Shown: positions 1 to 13,494 of the stretch, one piece after another | How positions within the stretch are numbered: the first letter of the stretch is position 1 | Layout of the letters: each line of letters begins with the position of its first letter | Assembly (NCBI GenBank): GCA_964016885.1 | Contig: OZ024749.1 | Coordinates: 24,490,001-24,554,000 of the forward strand | Direction of reading: 5' to 3' | DNA length: 64,000 nt | Source of the DNA: Eledone cirrhosa | Taxonomy: Eukaryota | Made by a program: the position numbers and the translations under genes | The notes under the pieces: model-generated | What the model was told of the DNA's origin: nothing | The model's database searches: none | What the model saw: only the letters and a program-made list of their open reading frames with translations

Positions 1-628
1 CTGCTGTTTCCATAGCCAGAATTTATTCTCGAGCTCCTCTACTGATTCTGCAAAAGAACCAGATCATCAGCGTAGAGAAGTTCCCATGGGAATCCAGTTT
101 TAAACTCCTCTGTTATGGCTTGGAGGACTGTAATGAACAAAAGAGGGCTGAGGACCAAACCCTGATGTACACCTACTTGTATCTGGAATTCCTCACTAAA
201 CTCAATTCCTATTCTCACTTTACTGACAGCACGCCTGTACATAGCTTGCACTGTCCTCACAAGCCATTCCTCTACACATAATTTCCTTAGGGACTACCAG
301 ATGACAGATCGCGGTCCCCTATCAAAGGCCTTATCTAGGTCAACAAAAGCTAAGTATAGTGGCTTATTCTTCTCTAAGAACCTCTCTTATAGTTGCCTCA
401 CTAAGAAGAGAGCTACTGTTGTACTACTCCGAGGCACAAAACCAAACTGCATCCCATCTAATTTGACCCTTTCTCTAATCATTTGCGCTAATATTCTCTG
501 TGCCACTTTCATAACATGATCCATCAGCTTTATGCCCCTATATTGCTCCTCTCTAGAGCAGTCACTTTACCGTTGTAACAATTTATGAGAATGCTGCTGC
601 ACCAGTCTTTGGGTATAACACCACCATA
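1..628 (-). mobile_element. RTE-clade LINE reverse transcriptase fragment (decayed)
   Basis: ORF 39-260 has GVHQGLVLSPLLF...LLYADDLVL. Upstream minus-strand frames show DLDKAFDR and IPKDWCSSILINCY-like RT motifs with stops. Confidence 0.85.
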
Positions 629-644
629 TATAACTTGATTGATG

Positions 645-664
645 ATGTGTGTGTGTGTGTGTGT

Positions 665-741
<77 letters not shown>
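645..741. repeat. (TG)n microsatellite
   Basis: Direct reading. One of many (TA)n/(TG)n/(TC)n tracts in the window. Confidence 0.95.
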
Positions 742-746
<5 letters not shown>

Positions 747-1336
747 AGATAGATAGATCGCTGGAAATATAGATAAACAGACAAACAGATACATAGATAG
801 ATACATACATGCATAGATACTGATATATATAGAGAAACGTATGTGTGAATGTGTGTGTAGTTGGATGTGATAATTATACATATATGAAAAGTAGTTCGGT
901 CTGTATAGACGGATGTGCCTATGTGTGTGTTTATACGCATATGAACATATTTTCAATACATACATTGTATGTATATATATTGTAATTCTATGCTTATGTA
1001 AATAAGTGTAAATGTATGCATGCCTAAAGTAGGAAAATATTTATGTGTCAATATTCCTAATGTATTTACTGCATTCACTGGTCCGAAATAATCCGTCTGC
1101 GTCGATTTTGGCAAAATATTAAAACTAAGCGAAACTTCGTGGGCGTACTGTGTATGATTTACTATGTATACACTACTTACGCAAACATGTCTACAGTCGA
1201 TATATTTCTCTCTGAAACATGTATATGCTCTATACACTACTCATTTAAACATGCTTGTATAGTATAAGATATGAGATACTTACTTTAACACTGAGACAAA
1301 CAGTCACACACACACACACACGCACACGCACACACT

Positions 1337-1688
1337 ATATTAATAAATGCAAACTATATTTATAAAACCATAATTATTTTATTATATATATTTCAAGGAC
1401 AACAAAGGCATTTTTGGTGCGCTTTCATCAGATAAAATACAAGATTTGTTTTATAAATATTGACATAACCGTGGAAAAAACAATCTTGACGGTTGAAAGT
1501 TCACTGGATAGTGACTATCAGTAAACTTTCAACCGTCAAGATTGTTTTTTCCACGGTTATGTTAATATTTATGAAACAAATCTTGTATTTTATCTGATTA
1601 AAGCGCACCAAAAATGCCTTCGTTGTCCTTGAAATATATATAATAAAATAATTATGGTTTTATAAAGATAGTTTCCATTTATTAATAT
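1337..1688. mobile_element. Fold-back PLE-pLTR-like element, HHR family A
   Basis: ~170-bp arms are reverse complements, centred near 1512. Related copies at 10691-10852, 55655-55790 and 63157-64000. Confidence 0.85.
1375..1439 (-). ncRNA. Type I hammerhead ribozyme (family A)
   Basis: Minus strand reads tattttat-CTGATGA-aag...ctt-GAAA-tatata-TA-ataaaata. The + arm copy has CTGATTA, i.e. G8 lost. Confidence 0.75.
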
Positions 1689-1788
1689 ATTGAATATTTA
1701 CTGCCGTAAATTGTTGAGTGCTTTATGACAGTTATAAACTTTTAAGCTTGTTGGAATCCCAACAAATTAAATATAACTTCTGCATGTA

Positions 1789-1821
<33 letters not shown>

Positions 1822-1836
1822 CCCCCCCCCCCCCTC

Positions 1837-1905
<69 letters not shown>

Positions 1906-1907
<2 letters not shown>

Positions 1908-2278
1908 GAGGAATTCCAACTTTGTCTGATTTAGTCGTTTTATTTACAATCCTTTAAAATTTATAATGGTATTATAATGAAATAGTATGATAGAATATTA
2001 AATTCTAAGTGTTAATTGAACAAGTACTTTCATGCTTTCGCAAACTTCAGGTTCATAATATGTGGTGACAGTCAAGATTGCAATTTTCAACTGTTGAAAA
2101 TTGCAAACTTGACTGTCACCACATATTATGAACCTGAAGATTGCGAAAGCATGAAAGTACTTGTTCAATTAACACTTAGAATTTAATATTCTATCATACT
2201 ATTTCATTATAATACCATTATAAATTTTAAAGGATTGTAAATAAAACGAGTAAATCAGACAAAGTTGGAATTCCTCTT
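1906..2278. mobile_element. Fold-back element, HHR family B
   Basis: Near-perfect ~185-bp inverted arms centred near 2091, between (TA)n and (TC)n tracts. Confidence 0.85.
2129..2167 (+). ncRNA. Minimal type I hammerhead ribozyme (family B)
   Basis: tgaac-CTGAAGA-t-tgc-gaaa-gca-t-GAAA-gtac-TT-gttca, with a palindromic stem III. Confidence 0.75.
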
Positions 2279-2327
2279 ATTAATATAATCTTCTATACAC
2301 AATCATACACACCCGTGTATATTTATA

Positions 2328-2411
<84 letters not shown>

Positions 2412-2519
2412 CAGTTGATCGACAAGATCCCTCGTCAAATCGGACCGATGGAACAATGTTTTCATTGGTCTTACCAACTGCTAATAATATCTCTCGGTCA
2501 CAATCCTAGCAGAAGGAGC

Positions 2520-2637
2520 AGCAGCGTGAAATAAAGTGGCTCTCTCAAGGACATAACGCATCGCCCGGTCTGGGAATCGAACTCACAACCTCATGATTGT
2601 GAATCGAATTCTCAAACCACTCAACCATGCGACTTCG
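2520..2637 (-). mobile_element. tRNA-derived SINE 5' part
   Basis: Minus strand has A-box TGGTTGAGTGG, B-box GTTCGATTCCC, then a gtccttgagagagccacttt core-like domain. Confidence 0.7.
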
Positions 2638-3521
2638 TTTGCATCTAATGTTGTAAACCGGATCATCTTTGTGGGCAAATGCATTCGTTGATCATAGAAT
2701 GGGATGGCCACATGCAAAGTCTTTCCTTACTTAAAAAAGCTTGAAGCACAGGAATCGCTTGATATGTGATATTATTTACATCCTTACGGGGTCGATAAAA
2801 TAAAGTACCAGTAATACACTGGTTATTTGCTGGCCTTGTGCCAAAAGTAGAAACAATTATTTACGAAGGCAAGTCCCTAGGATGACTAAAAAGCCACAGC
2901 CATGACGCTCATAATTAAGTATCCAACGATGGCATTACTTGAAATCGAGTTTCAGGCATCGTATCATATATATATCTGGGATAACAAATTATCGTTATAG
3001 GTAATCCAGTTAGAGGTTGTGAGTACTCTGTATTGTGGGTAGTTTTAACTTACGGCGTTGTTTGACTCAACAAGAGGTTTCAAACCAAGTAATCACTAAA
3101 TCAACATCATAAACCTCCTAACTTTCTTTCACTTTCTTTCACTCTCTTGCACGTTATTTCATTCTCCCTCCCTAAAGCTATTTCACCTCTTCCCTTGTAT
3201 CCTATCCTATATCTCTTAACCTCTGACCTAACTTCTAATTTATTAATTTATCTTTTATAAGTTATTTATCATTATATTCTTTCTTCCTACTCTAACCATC
3301 TGTGATTTAACCAATACATATATGAATATATTTAATATTTATTTTCATATTCAAAATATTCCTACCCTCATCACATGTTTATACTTACACACCACTATAA
3401 CTTTAACCACTACCAACACTAGTTTCAACAATGATATTATGTTCATATATATTTTCACTTATATATATATTTTTTTATTTATATATTTGTTTATCATCTT
3501 TATCTTTTCTTTATATATGTG

Positions 3522-3560
<39 letters not shown>

Positions 3561-3740
3561 GGGTGGGGGTGGGGGTGAGTGAGTGTGTGTGTATGCATAT
3601 ATATATATATATATATACATATATATATGTGTGTATGTGTCTGTGTGTGTGTGTATATTTGTGTGTATGTGTATATATATATATTTGTGTGTGTATGTAT
3701 ATATATATATACATATATATGTGTATATATACAAATATAT

Positions 3741-3826
<86 letters not shown>

Positions 3827-3844
3827 ATATATATACATACACAC

Positions 3845-3883
<39 letters not shown>

Positions 3884-4734
3884 CACACAAATACACACAC
3901 ACACACACAGACACATACACACATATATATATGTATATATATATATATATGCATACACGCACACACAAACGCTCACCCCCCCCCTCACACACACACATAT
4001 ATATATATATATATACACACACATATATAAAGAGAAGTAAATATCTTTCAGAATTAATCATTCAGACACGCCTTAGCCATGAAAAGACAATAGTTAAGTT
4101 AGTGTAAACACATTTAATACTGGGAACAATACAAAACTAATTGGTAATAATTATGATATGAAATACAATATATGTCAATGACGTTATAGTCAGGACTGGC
4201 TGTGGAGGTATCCTTTATTTGCTAAGACGCAGCAATCATAGACAATATGATTAATTATTTCTGTCCAGCAACCATATATTCTCCAGTTGTCTTTTTCTAT
4301 ACTCTGTTTCACCATACGCATTTCATTGTTACAGGGGTTAGGAAAGTAATGATCCTGTACAGCATAGAAAAAAACCTTTTCAATTTTCAGCTTTGTGTTT
4401 GTTAGCTAGTGTTGCGAATTTTCTTTCTATTATTCAGCCTATTCTGATTTTATAAATAAATCATATATCTATATCTATCTATATATATATATATATATTC
4501 ATATATATATATAGTCTTTGTAGCTCGCAGTTAAGGCTCTTTACGTTCTAAGTAATGATTCTGTTGTACAACATAGAAAAAAAACTTCCTTTCTCAGCTT
4601 TGTTAGCCTGTGCTACGAATGTTCTTTCATTTATTCACCTGTTCTGATTATATATATATATATATTTATATATTTAGATATATTTAGAAAATCAGAACAG
4701 GCCGAATAAAAGAAAGAAAACATATATATATATA

Positions 4735-4862
4735 TTGCAGCACGAAGTTGATTCTATTTGCGTCCTAAGTTCAAATCTCACCGTGGTTAGCTTTGCCTTT
4801 TACCCTTACGTGTTTGATGAAACACGATACCAGTAACGAACCGGGTTTGAATTAGTTGACAT
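4735..4862 (+). mobile_element. Diverged tRNA-SINE copy
   Basis: agttcaaatctcaccgtggttagctttgccttttacccttacg...taccagtaa matches the SINE at 8067. Confidence 0.6.
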
Positions 4863-6087
4863 ATCTCTTCAGTATTAACATCATCAAATTGACACAATCG
4901 TTAGAGCGTCGGTATTAGTTTCATGTGTCTGGTTTCTCATTCCGAATTCTGTCGAAGAAAATTTTGAGTTTCATCTGTCCCTGGTCGTATATGATGCAGA
5001 TTTGTACTAAACAGAGCAAGGGACTAGATTTCTGTGGGTGCTGTGGAGGGCTAGAAGTGCATAGCATAACTTCCAGAATCTGGAAATGGAAACAAACAAC
5101 CAGAAATCCTTAACGATTAATTCACCAATGTAACTGGTTTGATTGTACTCATTGTGCCATATGGAGATAGAATAGAAGAAGCACACATCTGCAAAACTGA
5201 GAGGTATGCGAGTTTATCAAACAGTTAGGAGGAAACCAGCTTGCCAAACAGGATAATATACGTCGGCAGGTGTCTCAGGACGTCTCTGCAGTCAAACGAC
5301 ATCGGAATGGTTCAACTGCTAAATTGTCATGTGAACTGTTTGTGTTATATGTTCAAAACTGTGCTATTTGATTTTAACTCCCACGATCGAAAGAACGGCA
5401 ACGCTTTCGAATGAGTATTGAGTATTAGAAAGGAAAAGACCAAAGGAAGATCAGTTATTATTCCTTGCCAAATGGCAACCTGGAGTTTGATACGAGACCT
5501 CTTGTTCCATATATTCGCAGCTAACCTTCATATCAAAAAGTCGTTCATCGTTCCGCTAACCGAGGACCTGGTGTTATGGAAGTTATCTTCACTACAATAC
5601 CAACAACAGACAATTCACGGATGTCATTAGATTGTTTAATAGACAATACTGTGAGCTAACATTCGTGGTACAATGCCAAATTTACCAATTAATATTACTA
5701 TATTTAATCATTTTTTTTTTTTGTAAAAATTACAACTTTGAGCCAACGTTCTGAATCCATATTGCATAAATCAATACAGTATTGCGTAAGGAAATTTAAT
5801 GCAAATATACAGCTTTCGGTTTTAATTTGGCTCCGGGCCACATATTTTGAAAGGAAGCTGTGAGTGTGATTGTATTACCTTAAATGTTACATATATTGTT
5901 GTTCGTGATGAATCTAAAAAGAATGGATCCATTGCATATAATAAATGTAAAGGCATTGGATACTGCATGTACTGTAGATGCGCTGATCATATACTTATTA
6001 GACTTGCTGGAACCCGTCCCCCTCCAGGGCTGACCAAAGCCGTTTACTTCCAGAGAATGATATCTATCTATCTATATATATATATAT

Positions 6088-6494
6088 GAGGTAGTACACT
6101 GGAAGGTAATATCCGTAGTGGTGGAGCACCGAGTCCATGGGACGAGTTAGGTAGAAGTGGTTACACAACAGTTAGTTCACCATACCGATAATAATTGTTT
6201 CTCCTTAGTGGATCCTCAGCTCGTAATGGACATGGTTATACGGAACAGGAAGGACAACCCCATGGACGCGCATGCGCAGAAATGGTCACTTCACCTGGAC
6301 TTTCGCAGTTATCTTCCTTACACCTCTCGCACGCAATTTTGTATTGCCTGGGTGAAGTGACCGTTTCTGCGTATGCGCGTCCATACGGTTGTTCTTCATG
6401 TTCCGTATAACCATGTCCATTACGAGCTGAGGATCCCCTAAGGTGAAACAATTGTTCTCGGTATGGTGAACTAACTGTTGTGTAACCACTTCTA
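6088..6494. mobile_element. Fold-back element, HHR family C
   Basis: Inverted arms 6152-6298 and 6348-6494, flanked by TA tracts. Confidence 0.85.
6423..6460 (+). ncRNA. Minimal type I hammerhead ribozyme (family C)
   Basis: cgag-CTGAGGA-tcc-cctaa-ggt-GAAA-caattg-TT-ctcg. The opposite arm has stem II tcc/gga. Confidence 0.75.
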
Positions 6495-7150
6495 TATCTA
6501 TATATATATATAGAGAGAGAGAAAGAGATTGATAAAAAAAATAAAGGAAGGTAATTAATACTGAAAGACATTGTTGACCCGTATACTTTGATATCATAGC
6601 GCTCTGAGCCGGAACAAGAACCGATCCCGTTTTAGTCCGATGCTGTTAAACATACACAATTTAACAAATAGTTAGTGATGCAGCTGTTGCTGTATTTGTT
6701 TAGCCACAGATCAGTTCTGATTAAGGTTTGATGCTACCTTTGGTCCTAGCTGACCAAGAAATACTGTGGGAGTCAATGAGCTCTTGCATATACGTTATCT
6801 CTCTTAAAGCCACCATTCTCCAAAATTAAAAAAAACGAAACTATATATATATTCCCACCGGTGAATACATGGCTAATCCAGAAATCAAAACCTTCGCTTT
6901 AATATTGACTCGACACGAACAGTGAAGGCTGGATTAAGGCGAAACTTGTAAGTGATGTTCATGCATCGTGATAAAAAATGAAATTATTCCATTGTATCCT
7001 TTAAGAGTCCTATGTAAGTTAGTATATATCAATATATCATGTGTAGCATTATATGATACACAACTACAGATATTGCCATTAATATTGATATATATATATA
7101 ATTTATTACATATCACCTCGGTGGACAACTCAAGAATGTTTTGGTAATAT

Positions 7151-7229
<79 letters not shown>

Positions 7230-7726
7230 CGAACACATACATAAACACATAGATAGATATAGGTCCACATATATTTATACACACATGGGCAGGCGTATTT
7301 GCATGGACATTTGCGTGTATGCTTGCGTGTGTGTATGTGGGATGCGTTTTAGTGCATGTGAGAGAATACATTACTTAGACGTCCATTTTGTCGAATACAA
7401 TTCTCTTTCAGAGATCGAATTCCGTTATAGTAGGTAGTGGGATAAGATTAATAACCTGCAGACCTATATTATACGTGTGTGTGTGTAGTTGGTTATTGTA
7501 ACACTATGGCTAGCTTAACAATATAAACATACAACTGCGTTCACACTGTAAATAGAGAGGTCGCCATGTCAAATCAGTCACATTTATGTAAATACAGAAG
7601 CCAACAGCGATACATGTACACACACCCAGACACATACACCAAGTGCTCACACACACGCCGCGCAGACATAGACAAACACATTCGCTTTCACCAACATATT
7701 TACGATCATGTAAAGAAAGGCAAGTG

Positions 7727-7757
<31 letters not shown>

Positions 7758-8066
7758 ATATATATTTGTATATATGTATGTATATATATGTGTATGTATG
7801 TATGTGTGTGTGTATGTGTATGTATATATGTGTGTGTGTGTATGTGTATATATATATATATGTGTGTGTGTGTATGTGTATATATATATATATATGTGTG
7901 TGTTTGTGTGTATATATATAGATATATAAATATATTTATATAATATACATTTGCAGAAGAAAATAAGCTTATACTCGGATCTTATGCTGTAGCTTCCTGA
8001 GGATAAGTGGGTTGAAGTGATCGAAAAGCACTTCACGTCAGTAGTTAATTTCAGCTACAAGTTGAT

Positions 8067-8835
8067 TTGGCAGTGTCGGTAGAGGATCGGGCCCCATGCT
8101 TTCCAGCATAGTTACGTCCCTTTACGGTCTGAGTTCAAATCCCGTCGAGGTTAAGTTTGCCTTTCATCCGTACGTGGTCGATAAAATAAAGTACCAGTAA
8201 TGCACTGGGGGTAATCGTTGGTATTGTGCCAAAAGTAGAAATAATTAATTAAATATATTTAAGAACTTTTGGACGTGAATCTACATGTGAGAACACATAT
8301 CTGAGGAGTTTCTGATTCCAAGGTCAGGAATGAACATAATTCGATCGTACCCCGAGCTGATCGACAATGAAACATATGTAATATGTAATTAAATATGGAT
8401 ATGATGCAATACTGATTCTTTGTTCCCTATTTATTATTATTAATAATTACTATTATGGTATTGGCAGTATTGGTAGAGGGTCGGACGCCATGCTTTGCAG
8501 CAAAGAGTTACGGCCCTTTATGTTCTGAGTTCAAATCCCGCCGAGGTTAAATTTGCCTTTCATCCTTACAGGGTCGATAATATAAAGTACCAGTAATGCA
8601 CTGGATTAATCGCTGGCCTTGTGCCAACATTAGAAACAATTATTATGGTGGATTTGCAGTATCAATCGCGGATGTGACGCCATGCTTTGCAGCAAAGAGT
8701 ACTGCTCTTTATGGTTTGAGTTGAAATCCCGCCGAGGTTAACTTGCCTTTCATCCTTACGGATTCGATAAAATAAAGCACCAGTAATGTACTGGGATAAT
8801 TGTAACCCTTGAGCCAAAAAGTAGAAACAATTATT
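8067..8835 (+). mobile_element. Cluster of three tRNA-derived SINEs (8067-8245, 8461-8640, ~8670-8835)
   Basis: B-box gagttcaaatccc followed by ttgcctttcatcc...gtcgataaaataaagtaccagtaa. Further copies at 2778-2860, 10882-11050 (-) and 41406-41585. Confidence 0.85.
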
Positions 8836-9389
8836 ATTACATGTATGTATGTATGCATACTCGTATGATCCTTGAGTAGGTATCAACGCTTTTGAATCCA
8901 TGTGTGTGTGTGTGAGCAAGTATTAAGGAAGTATCTTTTAAGTATTAACTTCCATATCCCCCTCTCTTAACACCTGATATCACTATAAACGTGTAAATAA
9001 ATACATAGATATATAATATTTGCGTAGGATTGTACGACTATATGATTATACGACTATATGGAGTAAAATACTTTTTCTCATGTTATCTATATCATTTCGC
9101 TAAGATATATCTTAATTTGCTATACATATTTTCTTGTTTGCTTTTCAATCAATTATCCATTATAATAACGAGTGACGACCTTATACTAACAGGAATGAGA
9201 TAGATTTACTGAGATAGGATTCTCACAGTTAAAAGAAATCCATTCTCCTTAAGTATACGACTCAATCTTCTTTTTACTGCTTTCTTTGGAGGTCCAGTTT
9301 CTTTTTCTGTTACAGCCATGGCTATGTTTTTAAGGGTTGCTTTCACAACAATATTGATTCTATGTTGCTGGTTGTTGTTATTGTTGCAC

Positions 9390-9843
9390 CTCTTCCTACT
9401 TTCTCTTCCTTCTTCTCCTTTCTTTTTCTTTCTTCTTTCTTCCTTCTTTCTTTCTTCTTTCTTCTTCTTTCTTCTTCTTGCTTCTTCTTTCTTCTTTCTT
9501 TCTTCTTTCTTCTTCTTTCTTCTTCTTTCTTCTTTCTTTCTTCTTTCTTTCTTTCTTTCTTCTTTCTTCTTCTTTCTTTCTTCTTTCTTCTTCTTTCTTC
9601 TTCTTTCTTCTTCTTTCTTCTTCTTTCTTTCTTCTTTCTTCTTCTTTCTTCTTCTTTCTTCTTTCTTTCTTCTTTCTTTATTCTTCCTTTCTTCTTTCTT
9701 CTTTTTTCTTCTTTCTTTCTTCTTTCTTTCTTCTTTCTTCTTCTTTCTTCTTTCTTTCTTCTTTCTTTCTTCTTTCTTTCTTTTTTCTTTCTTCTTTCTG
9801 TCTTCTTTCTTCTTCTTTCTTCTTCTTTCTTCTCTCTTCTTTC
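9390..9843. repeat. Compound (CTT/CTTT)n polypyrimidine microsatellite
   Basis: Direct reading. It is the source of the spurious F/L/S and E/K/R ORFs. Confidence 0.95.
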
Positions 9844-10443
9844 ACTAGTACTTCTGTTATCCACCTCGAAATTTGACCCAGTGGGCTGTGAGCACATAAC
9901 GCCGAAAGGCGGCACGTATCCTACGAAGCATTCTGTACAACGTCCAATAGATTCTTCCATTTCAGCGCTTCGATTAACCAGGCATATATTCCAATATAAA
10001 GGAGACCTGTGGGATTATGTCCGACAGTGATCATCATGGTAAGATTTATTGTCATGACAAGAAGAATGCAAACAGTTAATCTAGGATGATAACATATTTC
10101 AAAATTAGAAATGCTCGTTAATATTACAATGCTCACTGTCATTGATATATATATATATATATATTAGGCGGAGCAATATATATATATATATATGTGTGTG
10201 TGTATACTATGCTCTTGCACTTCAGCAGCTAGTTTTAGACAGCTGTACATATATGTATGCATATCTCTCTCTCTCTTACTCTCTCTCTCCTCTTTCTCTA
10301 TCTCTCGCTCTCTCTATCTTTCTCTCTTTCTCTCTCTCGTTCTCTTTATTTATATATATATTTATTTATTTATTTATATATATATAATTTATTTATTTAT
10401 TTATATATTTATTTATTTATATATATTTATTTATTTATATATA

Positions 10444-10474
<31 letters not shown>

Positions 10475-10523
10475 TTATTTATATATATTTATATATATTT
10501 ATTTATTTATATATATATATATA

Positions 10524-10568
<45 letters not shown>

Positions 10569-10690
10569 GATTAGTTATATGGTTTGTTGATTATTATTCA
10601 AAAGAATTGATTTTGTAACAGATGTGAAGCACTCTACACATTTTATCTGGAGTATTATTGATATTATCAACATTAATAAATGGAAAATAT

Positions 10691-10852
10691 TTTTATTATA
10701 CGTATTTCAAGGACACAAAATTTAAGTGTGCTTTCATCAAATAAAATATAATATTTGGTGTTAAGATATGGACATACCCTAACACCAAATATTATATTTT
10801 ATCTGTTGAAAGCACACTAAAATTTGTGTCCTTGAAATACGTATAATAAAAT
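10691..10852. mobile_element. Short fold-back element, HHR family A (degenerate cores)
   Basis: Inverted arms. + strand reads tattttat-CTGTTGA-aagcacac...gtgtcctt-GAAA-tacgta-TA-ataaaata. Confidence 0.75.
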
Positions 10853-10881
10853 AAATATTATAATAAAATAAATAAAGATAC

Positions 10882-11050
10882 CGTTATATGGTCGATTAAA
10901 TCGACACCAATGCTTTACTGGTGCTTTATTTAATCGACCCCATAACGATGAAAGTTAACCTCGACGGTATTTGAACTCAGATTATAAAGGGCCGTAAAGC
11001 TACGCTGCAAAGCAGGCGTCCGACACTCTACCTATTCGGCCAATCCACTG
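10882..11050 (-). mobile_element. tRNA-derived SINE
   Basis: Reverse complement of the 8067-type SINE. Confidence 0.75.
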
Positions 11051-11634
11051 CTCTGAAGGTGGAAATAATGAAATCACACCCTTTTCCACATATAATTCAT
11101 AGAACATCAGTACAATGAAACATCTAAGATTTGTATCTTCCGCAAGTGGGTGCAAATTCTACAAACACGTGTAATCATAACGGTATTTCTTAGAGAGTTT
11201 CAGTATGAACAATTTTGTAATACACTAATATTTCTACTTACACGCACAACACATTCACGCCAACAGGATTTATGTAATTAATGGACGTAAAGATACGTGA
11301 TTTGCTCAGAGATACATTAAAGTAAACGTACAAAAGTAATCAAAGTTACGCGACCAGGATCGTGAGACGAACATTCAAAGAGCCAAGAAGCGATTCGGCT
11401 TCTCATAATTAAATATAATTGAATATTATTTTGCAATTACGAGGAATTTGTAATACAAATCAACAAAACTGGAGAGAAGGAAGAACGTTGTACGGTTTCA
11501 GGGAAGTAAGTTTGTAGCTAGAATCTATTGCAGGGTAATTATAACATTCCCTCATAATTATCCTTCTCATCCTATACTCAATGTTAACATGTTCACTCGA
11601 CTAACACACAGGGAACACGTAAATCTCCTTCTCT

Positions 11635-11673
<39 letters not shown>

Positions 11674-11711
11674 CGCTATAACTATCTATCTATCAATCTA
11701 TCTATCTGTAT

Positions 11712-11783
<72 letters not shown>

Positions 11784-12507
11784 GTGTGTGTATGTATAAA
11801 CATTTATATAAATGTGTGTATGTATATACACATTTATACACATATGAATGTATATATATGTATATGGGTATATGTATATATATATGTATATATGTATATA
11901 TATGTATATATATATGTATGTATATATATATATGTATATATATATATGTATATATGCATATGTATATATGTATGTATATTCGTATATAAATGATTGTATA
12001 TATGTATATAAATGTATATATATATATACATATATGTGTGAATATATGTATATATATATGTGTGTATATATGTATATATATATATATGTGTGTGTGTATA
12101 TATGTATATATGTATATAAATGTATGTATATATGTATATAAATGTATATATATATATAGTATTAGTTATACTATTTATGGTTATGTAAATACAAAACCTT
12201 ATGCAGTTATAAGTATTTTACACACACCCTAAATAGTGGTAGGCAGTAATGTATTACTACCTTATTACCAGTAAGTTAAGTAGCTCAATGTAAAAACATC
12301 AGATGATTTACAGAGCAGTTATATGAAATATAAGAATCAAAAGAATCAAAGAACTGTTCAAAACATTAGTGTGCTTACAGCTGTTTCCTCCAAATATTTA
12401 GCAAAAACTCACAATATTACAATCAAGCATTAGCTAGCTCCGGCCATAATATAGAAATTGAGTTCCTACCTAAGAAAACACATAGCTACAACATCATCTC
12501 GCACAAC

Positions 12508-13494
12508 ATGTCCATGAGGAAACCTAATAATAGGAATAGCAACCACAAGTACACCAAAGCGGAGGGTGCCACCGGAAGTAACCATTACCATGGAAACTAC
12601 TGTGGGGCCTTAGGAAGAAGCAACACACCAAACACTAAAAGCAAAAATAGAAGAAGAAATAATACATTTTTCAACCCTCCTTTCAACCTAAATGTCTCCA
12701 CCAACATACCTAGGGCTTTCTTCTCACTACTAGATAAAAACTTCCCTCTAGAACACAAGTACCACAACCTCTTAAACAAAAACACCATTAAAATCTCATA
12801 CTCTACGACGCCTAACTTAGCATACCACATAGCTAGCAGCAATAATAGTAAAATTAGTTCTTACTTCCAACAAACAAAATCACAACGGGATGCAAACCCT
12901 CTAAATACCACTGTAGCAGGCAACCATAGCAACGGCAGTAACAATAGAAATAACACTAGTATAAGTAATAACACCAGGGTTGTCAACCCGAACGCCCAAA
13001 ATCCTATAGCTACCACACAGACTTCCGCACTGCATTATAACCAGCGGACTAACGCACAGGATAATTGTAACTGTAGAGCTAATAGAACCTGCCCTTTAGA
13101 TAAAACATGCCTAACCAAGGATATCATATACTCATGCACCGTCACGACTAACAACTCTTCAGAAACCTATGTAGGCTCCATTTCTAATTGCTTCAAAATC
13201 AGATATAATTCGCACATCCACTCGTTCAAAAAGCACAGCCTAGCAAACTCCACCTCACTTTCTAGCTACATACACTATCTAAAAACTAAAAATAAACCAT
13301 ACACACTCAAATGGGAAGTGATAGGCAGCGCGACCTCGTACAAACCACCTAATAAATTTTGTAACCTCTGTATACTAGAGACACACAATATTATCTTCTC
13401 CAACCGTAACCTACTTAACAAAAAATCTGAGGTGTTTGCAACTTGCCAGCACCGCTTCAGACATTCCTTCCAAAACTTTAAGCCCAATATATAG
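12508..13494 (+). CDS. PLE C-terminal region: FNPPF motif, CNC..CPL..C linker and GIY-YIG endonuclease (RT missing)
   Basis: FFNPPFNLNVSTNI, KISYSTTPNL, CNCRANRTCPLDKTC, IIYSC...YVGS...RYNSH, CNLC..E, LLNKKSE..CQHR. Confidence 0.85.
   Translation: MSMRKPNNRNSNHKYTKAEGATGSNHYHGNYCGALGRSNTPNTKSKNRRRNNTFFNPPFNLNVSTNIPRAFFSLLDKNFPLEHKYHNLLNKNTIKISYSTTPNLAYHIASSNNSKISSYFQQTKSQRDANPLNTTVAGNHSNGSNNRNNTSISNNTRVVNPNAQNPIATTQTSALHYNQRTNAQDNCNCRANRTCPLDKTCLTKDIIYSCTVTTNNSSETYVGSISNCFKIRYNSHIHSFKKHSLANSTSLSSYIHYLKTKNKPYTLKWEVIGSATSYKPPNKFCNLCILETHNIIFSNRNLLNKKSEVFATCQHRFRHSFQNFKPNI

Noticed and set aside
1337-2278. MITE/DNA-transposon interpretation of the palindromes
   Set aside because: No recognisable TIR/TSD signature. 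Arm lengths vary among family members and they carry PLE-type HHRs. Not formally excluded.
4345-4720. Diverged ~200-bp direct repeat with short inversion
   Set aside because: No ribozyme or coding motif recognised. Too decayed to classify.
8067-8835. tRNA genes or a CRISPR-like array
   Set aside because: Degenerate SINE copies with a B-box only. No cloverleaf and no regular repeat-spacer pattern.
9885-9915. CTGTGA...cgccGAAAggcg as ribozyme
   Set aside because: Only a GNRA hairpin. The core and stems do not fit.
9318-10030. E/K/R-rich and F/L/S-rich ORFs
   Set aside because: Products of the CTT/CTTT repeat.
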